Shown here one piece after another: positions 45,053 to 59,716 of a stretch of DNA of 64,000 nt (position 1 is its first letter; each line of letters opens with the position of its first letter). The notes below the pieces were generated by a model. That model worked only from the letters and a program-made list of their open reading frames with translations. It did no database searches and was not told the DNA's origin. Source of the stretch: Octopus vulgaris (Eukaryota). Position numbers and translations under genes: made by a program. The stretch is from contig OX597822.1 in the NCBI GenBank assembly GCA_951406725.2, positions 9,858,001-9,922,000 of the forward strand, written 5' to 3'.

Positions 45053-45448
45053 CTCTTACTCTTTTACTCTTTTACTTGTTTCAGTCAGTTGACTGCGGCC
45101 ATGCTGGAGCACCGCCTTTTAGTCGAGCAAATCGACCCCGGGACTTATTCTTTGTAAGCCCAGTACTTATTCTATCGGTCTCTTTTTGCCTAACCGCTAA
45201 GTGACGGGACACCAGCATCGGTTGTCAAGCAATGCTAGGGGGACAAACACAGACACACAAACATACACACACATACATATATATATACATACATATATCC
45301 GACAGGCTTCTTTCAGTTTCCGTCTACCAAATCCACTCATGGGGCTTTGGTCGGCCCGGGGCTATAGTAGAAGACACGCAGTGGGACTGAACCCGGAACC
45401 ATGTGGTTGGTAGGCAAGCTACTTACCACACAGCCACTCCTGCGCCTA
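45053..45448 (-). mobile_element. SINE family A
   Basis: Family match with small deletions. Confidence 0.9.
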
Positions 45449-45800
45449 TGTATATCTATGTATAGCTCTGTTGACAAAATGACAGAAACAACCAACCATT
45501 TTGCAAATTGTTCAGCAACACTGATGCCTTGCATATATCATATTTAGAATAGTCTATAACGCTTTTAGTTTTTTAACTCATGTTTCCAAACGAAACGATC
45601 CAGCCTCGGCCCACAGGTAGCTATCTCCTCTCTATGTACTTATTTTCTATCGCTATTATAACAGCTTATGTTCCTCGCAGCTGGCTTCACTTGTATCTCT
45701 TCTCAGGCTCACTATGCCCACTCGGTTCGCTCATCTCTCCACCACTTTCCACTCTTGTTGGGCCCAACTTCCAAGGCCCTGCAGTCACCACTATGCTTTG

Positions 45801-48800
45801 TTCTTTCTCCACAGAGCATCAGCTCTCTGGAATTTCTTTTTTGCTCATAGCTTTCTTGCAGGTGTTGACTTATGACGTCTTAAAAGGAACATGACCAGCA
45901 TCAAGTTTACTAATCGCGGAAGATCACTGGCATTTTATCCAAACATTGCAAATAAATAAATAAATAAATACATAAATAAATGAATATTAATATTAGTGTT
46001 TTAAATGCTACTTTATTTCAAGCTTGTATTTTTTGTTTAACCACAAACTCTGTACAATGTCTTCTTTTTTTAAAGCGCTTAGATTTTATAACCCTTATTT
46101 TTTTTAAATCTCATTTTTAAAAATATAAAATATATATTTTAAGAATTTATGATCAGAAAATTCTATGATCAGAAAATCCAACGATATAATTGATCAAGTA
46201 AGATTAAACCATTAATTTCCCAGCTTTCTTGCAGGTGTTGAATTATGACGTCTTAAAAGGAACATGACCAGCATCAAGTTTACTAATCACGGAAGGTCAC
46301 TGGCATTTTATCCAAACATTGCAAATAAATAAATAAATAAATAAATAAATACATGAATAAATGAATATTAATATTAGTGTTTTAAATGCTACTTTATTTC
46401 AAGCTTGTATTTTTTGTTTAACCACAAACTCTGTACAATGTCTTCTTTTTTTAAAGCGCTTAGATTTTATAACCCTTATTTTTTTAAATCTCATTTTTAA
46501 AAATATAAAATATATATTTTAAGAATTCTATGATCAGAAAATCCAACGATATAATTGATCAAGTAAGATTAAACCCTTAATTTCCCAGAAAGTTTTTACT
46601 TTTAAAAATGTATTATTTTAAAATTCTAAAAACTGGTTCCAAATTTTAGTATAATATCAGAAATTTTGGTGGATGGAGCTAGTTCTTTCTCCACAGAGCA
46701 TCAGCTCTCTGCAATTTCTTTTTTGCTCATAGCTTTCTTGCAGGTGTTGACTTATGACGTCTTAAAAGGAACATGACCAGCATCAAGTTTACTAATCACG
46801 GAAGGTCACTGGCATTTTATCCAAACATTGCAAATAGATAAATAAATTTTATAACCCTTATTTTTTAAATCTCATTTTTAAAAATATAAAATATATATTT
46901 TAAGAATTCTATGATCAGAAAATCCAACGATATAATTGATCAAGTAAGATTAAACCCTTAATTTCCCAGAAAGTTTTTACTTTTAAAAATGTATTATTTT
47001 AAAATTCTAAAAACTGGTTCCAAATTTTAGTATAATATCAGAAATTTTGGTGGATGGAGCTAGTTCTTTCTCCACAGAGCATCAGCTCTCTGCAATTTCT
47101 TTTTTGCTCATAGCTTTCTTGCAGGTGTTGACTTATGACGTCTTAAAAGGAACATGACCAGCATCAAGTTTACTAATCACGGAAGGTCACTGGCATTTTA
47201 TCCAAACATTGCAAATAGATAAATAAATTTTATAACCCTTATTTTTTTAAATCTCATTTTTAAAAATATAAAATATATATTTTAAGAATTCTATGATCAG
47301 AAAATCCAACGATATAATTGATCAAGTAAGATTAAACCCTTAATTTCCCAGAAAGTTTTTACTTTTAAAAATGTATTATTTTAAAATTCTAAAAACTGGT
47401 TCCAAATTTTAGTATAATATCAGAAATTTTGGTGGATGGAGCTAGTTCTTTCTCCACAGAGCATCAGCTCTCTGCTATTTGTTTTTTTGCTCATAGCTTT
47501 CTTGCAGGTGTTGACTTATGACGTCTTAAAAGGAACATGACCAGCATCAAGTTTACTAATCACGGAAGGTCACTGGCATTTTATCCAAACATTGCAAATA
47601 GATAAATAAATTTTATAACCCTTATTTTTTTAAATCTCATTTTTAAAAATATAAAATATATATTTTAAGAATTCTATGATCAGAAAATCCAACGATATAA
47701 TTGATCAAGTAAGATTAAACCCTTAATTTCCCAAAAAAGTTTTTACTTTTAAAAATTTATTATTTTAAAATTCTAAAAACTGGTTCCAAATTTTAGTATA
47801 ATATCAGAAATTTTGGTGGATGGAGCTAGTTCTTTCTCCACAGAGCATCAGCTCTCTGGAATTTCTTTTTTTGCTCATAGCTTTCTTGCAGGTGTTGACT
47901 TATGACGTCTTAAAAGGAACATGACCAGCATCAAGTTTACTAATCACGGAAGGTCACTGGCATTTTATCCAAACATTGCAAATAGATAAATAAATTTTAT
48001 AACCCTTATTTTTTTAAATCTCATTTTTAAAAATATAAAATATATATTTTAAGAATTCTATGATCAGAAAATCCAACGATATAATTGATCAAGTAAGATT
48101 AAACCCTTAATTTCCCAGAAAGTTTTTACTTTTAAAAATGTATTATTTTAAAATTCTAAAAACTGGTTCCAAATTTTAGTATAATATCAGAAATTTTGGT
48201 GGATGGAGCTAGTTCTTTCTCCACAGAGCATCAGCTCTCTGCAATTTCTTTTTTGCTCATAGCTTTCTTGCAGGTGTTGACTTATGACGTCTTAAAAGGA
48301 AAATGACCAGCATCAAGTTTACTAATCACGGAAGGTCACTGGCATTTTATCCAAACATTGCAAATAGATAAATAAATTTTATAACCCTTATTTTTTTAAA
48401 TCTCATTTTTAAAAATATAAAATATATATTTTAAGAATTCTATGATCAGAAAATCCAACGATATAATTGATCAAGTAAGATTAAACCCTTAATTTCCCAG
48501 AAAGTTTTTACTTTTAAAAATGTATTATTTTAAAATTCTAAAAACTGGTTCCAAATTTTAGTATAATATCAGAAATTTTGGTGGATGGAGCTAGTTCTTT
48601 CTCCACAGAGCATCAGCTCTCTGCAATTTCTTTTTTGCTCATAGCTTTCTTGCAGGTGTTGACTTATGACGTCTTAAAAGGAAAATGACCAGCATCAAGT
48701 TTACTAATCACGGAAGGTCACTGGCATTTTATCCAAACATTGCAAATAGATAAATAAATTTTATAACCCTTATTTTTTTAAATCTCATTTTTTAAAAATA

Positions 48801-51800
48801 TAAAATATATATTTTAAGAATTCTATGATCAGAAAATCCAACGATATAATTGATCAAGTAAGATTAAACCCTTAATTTCCCAGAAAGTTTTTACTTTTAA
48901 AAATTTATTATTTTAAAATTCTAAAAACTGGTTCCAAATTTTAGTATAATATCAGAAATTTTGGTGGATGGAGCTAGTTCTTTCTCCACAGAGCATCAGC
49001 TCTCTGCAATTTCTTTTTTGCTCATAGCTTTCTTGCAGGTGTTGACTTATGACGTCTTAAAAGGAAAATGACCAGCATCAAGTTTACTAATCACGGAAGG
49101 TCACTGGCATTTTATCCAAACATTGCAAATAGATAAATAAATTTTATAACCCTTATTTTTTTAAATCTCATTTTTAAAAATATAAAATATATATTTTAAG
49201 AATTCTATGATCAGAAAATCCAACGATATAATTGATCAAGTAAGATTAAACCCTTAATTTCCCAGAAAGTTTTTACTTTTAAAAATGTATTATTTTAAAA
49301 TTCTAAAAACTGGTTCCAAATTTTAGTATAATATCAGAAATTTTGGTGGATGGAGCTAGTTCTTTCTCCACAGAGCATCAGCTCTCTGCAATTTCTTTTT
49401 TTGCTCATAGCTTTCTTGCAGGTGTTGACTTATGACGTCTTAAAAGGAAAATGACCAGCATCAAGTTTACTAATCACGGAAGGTCACTGGCATTTTATCC
49501 AAACATTGCAAATAGATAAATAAATTTTATAACCCTTATTTTTTTAAATCTCATTTTTAAAAATATAAAATATATATTTTAAGAATTCTATGATCAGAAA
49601 ATCCAACGATATAATTGATCAAGTAAGATTAAACCCTTAATTTCCCAGAAAGTTTTTACTTTTAAAAATGTATTATTTTAAAATTCTAAAAACTGGTTCC
49701 AAATTTTAGTATAATATCAGAAATTTTGGTGGATGGAGCTAGTTCTTTCTCCACAGAGCATCAGCTCTCTGCAATTTCTTTTTTGCTCATAGCTTTCTTG
49801 CAGGTGTTGACTTATGACGTCTTAAAAGGAAAATGACCAGCATCAAGTTTACTAATCACGGAAGGTCACTGGCATTTTATCCAAACATTGCAAATAGATA
49901 AATAAATTTTATAACCCTTATTTTTTTAAATCTCATTTTTAAAAATATAAAATATATATTTTAAGAATTCTATGATCAGAAAATCCAACGATATAATTGA
50001 TCAAGTAAGATTAAACCCTTAATTTCCCAGAAAGTTTTTACTTTTAAAAATGTATTATTTTAAAATTCTAAAAACTGGTTCCAAATTTTAGTATATATCA
50101 GAAATTTTGGTGGATGGAGCTAGTTCTTTCTCCACAGAGCATCAGCTCTCTGCAATTTCTTTTTTGCTCATAGCTTTCTTGCAGGTGTTGACTTATGACG
50201 TCTTAAAAGGAAAATGACCAGCATCAAGTTTACTAATCACGGAAGGTCACTGGCATTTTATCCAAACATTGCAAATAGATAAATAAATTTTATAACCCTT
50301 ATTTTTTTAAATCTCATTTTTAAAAATATAAAATATATATTTTAAGAATTCTATGATCAGAAAATCCAACGATATAATTGATCAAGTAAGATTAAACCCT
50401 TAATTTCCCAGAAAGTTTTTACTTTTAAAAATTTATTATTTTAAAATTCTAAAAACTGGTTCCAAATTTTAGTATAATATCAGAAATTTTGGTGGATGGA
50501 GCTAGTTCTTTCTCCACAGAGCATCAGCTCTCTGGAATTTCTTTTTTGCTCATAGCTTTCTTGCAGGTGTTGACTTATGACGTCTTAAAAGGAACATGAC
50601 CAGCATCAAGTTTACTAATCACGGAAGGTCACTGGCATTTTATCCAAACATTGCAAATAGATAAATAAATTTTATAACCCTTATTTTTTTAAATCTCATT
50701 TTTAAAAATATAAAATATATATTTTAAGAATTCTATGATCAGAAAATCCAACGATATAATTGATCAAGTAAGATTAAACCCTTAATTTCCCAGAAAGTTT
50801 TTACTTTTAAAAATGTATTATTTTAAAATTCTAAAAACTGGTTCCAAATTTTAGTATAATATCAGAAATTTTGGTGGATGGAGCTAGTTCTTTCTCCACA
50901 GAGCATCAGCTCTCTGCAATTTCTTTTTTGCTCATAGCTTTCTTGCAGGTGTTGACTTATGACGTCTTAAAAGGAACATGACCAGCATCAAGTTTACTAA
51001 TCACGGAAGGTCACTGGCATTTTATCCAAACATTGCAAATAGATAAATAAATTTTATAACCCTTATTTTTAAATCTCATTTTAAAAAATATAAAATATAT
51101 ATTTTAAGAATTCTATGATCAGAAAATCCAACGATATAATTGATCAAGTAAGATTAAACCCTTAATTTCCCAGAAAGTTTTTACTTTTAAAAATTTATTA
51201 TTTTAAAATTCTAAAAACTGGTTCCAAATTTTAGTATAATATCAGAAATTTTGGTGGATGGAGCTAGTTCTTTCTCCACAGAGCATCAGCTCTCTGCAAT
51301 TTCTTTTTTGCTCATAGCTTTCTTGCAGGTGTTGACTTATGACGTCTTAAAAGGAAAATGACCAGCATCAAGTTTACTAATCACGGAAGGTCACTGGCAT
51401 TTTATCCAAACATTGCAAATAGATAAATAAATTTTATAACCCTTATTTTTAAATCTCAATTTTTAAAAATATAAAATATATATTTTAAGAATTCTATGAT
51501 CAGAAAATCCAACGATATAATTGATCAAGTAAGATTAAACCCTTAATTTCCCAGAAAGTTTTTACTTTTAAAAATGTATTATTTTAAAATTCTAAAAACT
51601 GGTTCCAAATTTTAGTATAATATCAGAAATTTTGGTGGATGGAGCTAGTTCTTTCTCCACAGAGCATCAGCTCTCTGCAATTTCTTTTTTGCTCATAGCT
51701 TTCTTGCAGGTGTTGACTTATGACGTCTTAAAAGGAAAATGACCAGCATCAAGTTTACTAATCACGGAAGGTCACTGGCATTTTATCCAAACATTGCAAA

Positions 51801-54800
51801 TAGATAAATAAATTTTATAACCCTTATTTTTTTAAATCTCATTTTAAAAATATAAAATATATATTTTAAAAATTTATGATCAGAAAATCCAACGATATAA
51901 TTGATCAAGTAAGATTAAACCCTTAATTTCCCAGAAAGTTTTTACTTTTAAAAATGTATTATTTTAAAATTCTAAAAACTGGTTCCAAATTTTAGTATAA
52001 TATCAAATTTTGGTGGATGGAGCTAGTTCTTTCTCCACAGAGCATCAGCTCTCTGCAATTTCTTTTTTGCTCATAGCTTTCTTGCAGGTGTTGACTTATG
52101 ACGTCTTAAAAGGAAAATGACCAGCATCAAGTTTACTAATCACGGAAGGTCACTGGCATTTTATCCAAACATTGCAAATAGATAAATAAATTTTATAACC
52201 CTTATTTTTAAATCTCATTTTTAAAAATATAAAATATATATTTTAAGAATTCTATGATCAGAAAATCCAACGATATAATTGATCAAGTAAGATTAAACCC
52301 TTAATTTCCCAGAAAGTTTTTACTTTTAAAAATGTATTATTTTAAAATTCTAAAAACTGGTTCCAAATTTTAGTATAATATCAGAAATTTTGGTGGATGG
52401 AGCTAGTTCTTTCTCCACAGAGCATCAGCTCTCTGCAATTTCTTTTTTGCTCATAGCTTTCTTGCAGGTGTTGACTTATGACGTCTTAAAAGGAAAATGA
52501 CCAGCATCAAGTTTACTAATCACGGAAGGTCACTGGCATTTTATCCAAACATTGCAAATAGATAAATAAATTTTATAACCCTTATTTTTTAAATCTCATT
52601 TTTAAAAATATAAAATATATATTTTAAAATTCTATGATCAGAAAATCCAACGATATAATTGATCAAGTAAGATTAAACCCTTAATTTCCCAGAAAGTTTT
52701 TACTTTTAAAAATTTATTATTTTAAAATTCTAAAAACTGGTTCCAAATTTTAGTATAATATCAGAAATTTTGGTGGATGGAGCTAGTTCTTTCTCCACAG
52801 AGCATCAGCTCTCTGGAATTTCTTTTTTGCTCATAGCTTTCTTGCAGGTGTTGACTTATGACGTCTTAAAAGGAACATGACCAGCATCAAGTTTACTAAT
52901 CACGGAAGGTCACTGGCATTTTATCCAAACATTGCAAATAGATAAATAAATTTTATAACCCTTATTTTTTTAAATCTCATTTTTAAAAATATAAAATATA
53001 TATTTTAAGAATTCTATGATCAGAAAATCCAACGATATAATTGATCAAGTAAGATTAAACCCTTAATTTCCCAGAAAGTTTTTACTTTTAAAAATTTATT
53101 ATTTTAAAATTCTAAAAACTGGTTCAAATTTTAGTATAATATCAGAAATTTTGGTGGATGGAGCTAGTTCTTTCTCCACAGAGCATCAGCTCTCTGGAAT
53201 TTCTTTTTTGCTCATAGCTTTCTTGCAGGTGTTGACTTATGACGTCTTAAAAGGAACATGACCAGCATCAAGTTTACTAATCACGGAAGGTCACTGGCAT
53301 TTTATCCAAACATTGCAAATAGATAAATAAATTTTATAACCCTTATTTTTTTAAATCTCATTTTAAAAAATATAAAATATATATTTTAAGAATTCTATGA
53401 TCAGAAAATCCAACGATATAATTGATCAAGTAAGATTAAACCCTTAATTTCCCAGAAAGTTTTACTTTTAAAAATTTATTATTTTAAAATTCTAAAAACT
53501 GGTTCCAAATTTTAGTATAATATCAGAAATTTTGGTGGATGGAGCTAGTTCTTTCTCCACAGAGCATCAGCTCTCTGCAATTTCTTTTTTGCTCATAGCT
53601 TTCTTGCAGGTGTTGACTTATGACGTCTTAAAAGGAAAATGACCAGCATCAAGTTTACTAATCACGGAAGGTCACTGGCATTTTATCCAAACATTGCAAA
53701 TAGATAAATAAATTTTATAACCCTTATTTTTTTAAATCTCATTTTTAAAAATATAAAATATATATTTTAAGAATTCTATGATCAGAAAATCCAACGATAT
53801 AATTGATCAAGTAAGATTAAACCCTTAATTTCCCAGAAAGTTTTTACTTTTAAAAATGTATTATTTTAAAATTCTAAAAACTGGTTCAAATTTTAGTATA
53901 ATATCAGAAATTTTGGTGGATGGAGCTAGTTCTTTCTCCACAGAGCATCAGCTCTCTGCAATTTCTTTTTTGCTCATAGCTTTCTTGCAGGTGTTGACTT
54001 ATGACGTCTTAAAAGGAAAATGACCAGCATCAAGTTTACTAATCACGGAAGGTCACTGGCATTTTATCCAAACATTGCAAATAGATAAATAAATTTTATA
54101 ACCCTTATTTTTTAAATCTCATTTTTAAAAATATAAAATATATATTTTAAGAATTCTATGATCAGAAAATCCAACGATATAATTGATCAAGTAAGATTAA
54201 ACCCTTAATTTCCCAGAAAGTTTTTACTTTTAAAAATGTATTATTTTAAAATTCTAAAAACTGGTTCCAAATTTTAGTATAATATCAGAAATTTTGGTGG
54301 ATGGAGCTAGTTCTTTCTCCACAGAGCATCAGCTCTCTGCAATTTCTTTTTTTGCTCATAGCTTTCTTGCAGGTGTTGACTTATGACGTCTTAAAAGGAA
54401 AATGACCAGCATCAAGTTTACTAATCACGGAAGGTCACTGGCATTTTATCCAAACATTGCAAATAGATAAATAAATTTTATAACCCTTATTTTTTAAATC
54501 TCATTTTTTAAAAATATAAAATATATATTTTAAAATTCTATGATCAGAAAATCCAACGATATAATTGATCAAGTAAGATTAAACCCTTAATTTCCCAGAA
54601 AGTTTTTACTTTTAAAAATGTATTATTTTAAAATTCTAAAAAACTGGTTCCAAATTTTAGTATAATATCAGAAATTTTGGTGGATGGAGCTAGTTCTTTC
54701 TCCACAGAGCATCAGCTCTCTGCAATTTCTTTTTGCTCATAGCTTTCTTGCAGGTGTTGACTTATGACGTCTTAAAAGGAAAATGACCAGCATCAAGTTT

Positions 54801-55917
54801 ACTAATCACGGAAGGTCACTGGCATTTTATCCAAACATTGCAAATAGATAAATAAATTTTATAACCCTTATTTTTTTAAATCTCATTTTTAAAAATATAA
54901 AATATATATTTTAAGAATTCTATGATCAGAAAATCCAACGATATAATTGATCAAGTAAGATTAAACCCTTAATTTCCCAGAAAGTTTTTACTTTTAAAAA
55001 TGTATTATTTTAAAATTCTAAAAACTGGTTCCAAATTGCAAGTATAATATCAGAAATTTTGGTGGATGGAGCTAGTTCTTTCTCCACAGAGCATCAGCTC
55101 TCTGCAATTTCTTTTTTGCTCATAGCTTTCTTGCAGGTGTTGACTTATGACGTCTTAAAAGGAAAATGACCAGCATCAAGTTTACTAATCACGGAAGGTC
55201 ACTGGCATTTTATCCAAACATTGCAAATAGATAAATAAATTTTATAACCCTTATTTTTTTAAATCTCATTTTTAAAAATATAAAATATATATTTTAAGAA
55301 TTCTATGATCAGAAAATCCAACGATATAATTGATCAAGTAAGATTAAACCCTTAATTTCCCAGAAAGTTTTTTACTTTTAAAAATTTATTATTTTAAAAT
55401 TCTAAAAACTGGTTCCAAATTTTAGTATAATATCAGAAATTTTGGTGGATGGAGCTAGTTCTTTCTCCACAGAGCATCAGCTCTCTGGAATTTCTTTTTT
55501 TGCTCATAGCTTTCTTGCAGGTGTTGACTTATGACGTCTTAAAAGGAACATGACCAGCATCAAGTTTACTAATCGCGGAAGATCACTGGCATTTTATCCA
55601 AACATTGCAAATAAATAAATAAATAAATACATAAATAAATGAATATTAATATTAGTGTTTTAAATGCTACTTTATTTCAAGCTTGTATTTTTTGTTTAAC
55701 CACAAACTCTGTACAATGTCTTCTTTTTTTAAAGCGCTTAGATTTTATAACCCTTATTTTTTTTAAATCTCATTTTTAAAAATATAAAATATATATTTTA
55801 AGAATTCTATGATCAGAAAATCCAACGATATAATTGATCAAGTAAGATTAAACCATTAATTTAAAAACTGGTTCCAAATTTTAGTATAATATCAGAAATT
55901 TTGGTGGATGGAGCTAA
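45801..55917 (+). repeat. AT-rich tandem satellite, ~380-383-bp unit, about 26 units
   Basis: TTCTTTCTCCACAGAGCATCAG recurs at ~45801, 46683, 47063, 47445 ... 55076 and 55458; near-identical units; terminal units are longer variants. Confidence 0.98.
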
Positions 55918-56682
55918 TCAATTACATCGATCCCAGTGCTCGGCTGCTACTTATTTTACTGTCTTCGGAAGGATGAAAGACAAAGTCGATTCCGGTGACG
56001 TTTCAACTCAGAATATAAAGCGCCGGAAGAACTGTCGCTAAGCATTTTACCGGCGTGCTAACCATTCTTCCAGCTCACCGGCTTCTTTAATGAAAATTCA
56101 TAGTACTAGAAATCCATATATACACTAGACACTTAATAATTTTAAGCAATTATCATTTAAATTTAAGTTTTAATAACGCCGTTACATTTTTCAGCCTTTA
56201 ATTAAAAAAAACACACTTTATAAATCACTATTTTCTTAATTAATAAGTATGTTTGATTAAGAAAATAAACCCTCTCTATCCCTAAAACACATTTTATACT
56301 TTGATTTTTTTATAACTTTACCATGCAAATAATAACTTGCTTTTCTGAAAGCATACTGATTGTCACTTTGACAGTAAGGCAGGTTTAAAATTTAGCGTTC
56401 TTACTAAGCTCCAGTAAGTACAAAAACTCTAGAAATATCGCACTAAATCTGACCCCTATCCAATATAATTTTATTTAATGGGACTTATTGTTAATGAGTT
56501 CCTGTTAGAGTATCGCTCAGACTGTGTAAGTGTACATTTAAACAGCTGATTTCACACAATTGATTATACAAGTTGGTAAATCTTGGATGATTTATGTGAA
56601 CACAAGTCGACAACCATTAAACTCTATAAGCAATGCACAATCATCAACATGTGTATTGCTAATCCAGATGAAGAGAGAGAGA

Positions 56683-56767
<85 letters not shown>

Positions 56768-56896
56768 ACAGAATAGAAAAGTTGAAGGAGAATGGTAAAT
56801 ACACGACACGCATATGCTCATCTATACAAAAACACATTTCCACACAAATATATACACAAACGCGCTAGCATATACAGACATGCACACCACCATGCA

Positions 56897-56971
<75 letters not shown>

Positions 56972-56994
56972 GTATATCTATATATATATATATG

Positions 56995-57034
<40 letters not shown>

Positions 57035-57075
57035 CGTAAAATATATACGTACATATAACACTGACATACAGACAT

Positions 57076-57120
<45 letters not shown>

Positions 57121-57353
57121 AGACGGAAATATTGAACGACATTATCCACGATAGGTATGTACCTATTGAATATTAGGATTGGATGTTAGGATTGAATATT
57201 AAATATTATCAAAATTAATACCTGCAATTTTTATTCTAAATCATATACATTACATTATATAGACTACGCGCGTTTCATGACAATATATTCCTCGATATTG
57301 CAGAAATATATATATATATATATACTTTATTAGAAAGCAGCAAAAATATCCCA

Positions 57354-57399
57354 AAAACTGTTACTCGGAGTTTCACGTTCCTGTTCGTCAGACAGTTTT
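57354..57399 (-). ncRNA. Canonical-core minimal type-I hammerhead
   Basis: AAAACTGT-CTGACGA-AC-AGGAAC-GT-GAA-ACTC.C.GAGT-A-ACAGTTTT; 8-bp stem I, GUA triplet. Confidence 0.8.
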
Positions 57400-57790
57400 G
57401 TTTCGAATGGAACAAAATAGGGTTATATGCATAAATATACAATTGCTTTGATAGATACACATTTGAAAATGGTTTTGTTTCATTGGTCCTTTCAACTAAC
57501 GGTCTCTTCAATAATCGGTTGCATGAAATTACAATTGCGGTTTAAAATCATATTATCATAAAAATCGAAGAAAACCTTAAATCAAAAATACCTTATGTAG
57601 AAGGAAAAAAGGCCTGAATTGCCAGAGTAAATAATTAGTAGTAAAAAATAATAATTCATTTAGATAAATTAAAAGTTATATACATTTAAGGGAACGTATA
57701 CGCAACAACAAATATATGTATATATACATACATACATACATACATACATACATACATACATACATACATACATACACACATACACACACG

Positions 57791-57840
<50 letters not shown>

Positions 57841-57950
57841 TGTATATATGTATATGATGAATTATATGGTTATGGACGATGTGTCTAGTTTCGGCATATT
57901 TTGCATTAGAAAATTTTTTTCTTTTACCCTTTTTTGTAATATTGCCTATA

Positions 57951-57986
<36 letters not shown>

Positions 57987-57991
57987 CGGGA

Positions 57992-58200
57992 AAAATTGTA
58001 AAAATGCAGAATGCTAAATTGAAAGAAAATTTTAATGAAATGAGAAATTGATAAAATATATAAATATATATTTATTCAAACCGGTTTTCGTCATAATGTG
58101 ACGAAAATCGGTTTGAATAAATATATATTTATATATTTTATCAATTTCTCATTTCATTAAAATTTTCTTTCAATTTAGCATTCTGCATTTTTACAATTTT
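57992..58200. repeat. 102-bp-arm near-perfect hairpin between (TA)n arrays
   Basis: Arms 57992-58093 and 58099-58200 with one mismatch seen; homologous to 35444-35550. Confidence 0.92.
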
Positions 58201-58252
58201 CCTTGCTTATCATTTCTCCACGTGCGGTCAACACAACCCCACCATTTATTGA

Positions 58253-58897
<645 letters not shown>

Positions 58898-59315
58898 GGT
58901 GGGGAAGAACTGTATTCTCACGCAAGAAAGAATATAGAGATATAGAGTTGGCTTTGGGGATTGAGTCTCAAAACGGGTTGTATTTTTATGTTTTATAACA
59001 AATTTATTAAAATACCAAACCTGTTTCTACAAATTTTAGTTTTTTGAGGGTAAATAAAAAATGCTTAAGAGAGACTGAAAAACAACAGGAATTTCAGAAA
59101 AACATGTTTAAAAAAAAAAATCGAATATTCACACAAGTTCCAATATTCAATAAGTTTTACAAAAATATTCATTACTACAATTTCAAATGTTCGATGAATT
59201 TCATAACAGTCGTATATGATTGAAAGTTCAGTAACACTGAGTTATATTGATGAAGCGTTTTAAAGAATAAGTAAAAATAAAAGAAAAAGTAAAGATTTTT
59301 TCCAATATCTATCAT

Positions 59316-59716
59316 AGGCGTAGGAGTGGCCGTGTGGTAAGTAGCTTTCTTACGAACCACATGGTTCCGGGTTCAGTCTCACTGCGTGGCACTTTTTGCA
59401 AGTGTCTTCTACTAGAGCCTCTAGCCGACCAAATCCTTGTGAGTGGATTTGGTAGACGGAAACTGAAAGAACCCCGTCGTATATATGTATATATATGTAT
59501 GTGTGTGTGTATATTTCTGTTTGTGTGTCTGTGTTTGTCCCCCCAACATCGCTTGACAACCGATGCTGGTGTGTTTACGTCCCCGTACCTTAGCGGTTTG
59601 GCAAAAGTGACCGATAAATAAGTACTAGGCTTACAAAGAATAAGTCCTGGGGTCGATTTCCTCGACTAAAGGCGGTGCTCCAGCATGGCCACAATCCAAT
59701 GACTGAAAAAAGTAAA
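59316..59716 (+). mobile_element. SINE family A
   Basis: Full-length match to the family. Confidence 0.9.

Noticed and set aside
47050-47095. Hammerhead-like string in each satellite unit on the minus strand (GAG-CTGATGC-TCTGTGGA-GAAAGAACTA-GCTC), suggesting a ribozyme-bearing satellite
   Set aside because: A9 is C, stem I is out of register, a competing AGAGC/GCTCT hairpin covers the core, and the motif spans the tandem junction. Likely chance, though cheap to test.
45801-55917. CRISPR-like or multi-exon tandem gene reading of the array (acceptor-like TTTCTTGCAG, donor-like AAGTAAGA)
   Set aside because: No unique spacers, no cas genes, no substantial open frames; splice-like strings are common in AT-rich DNA.
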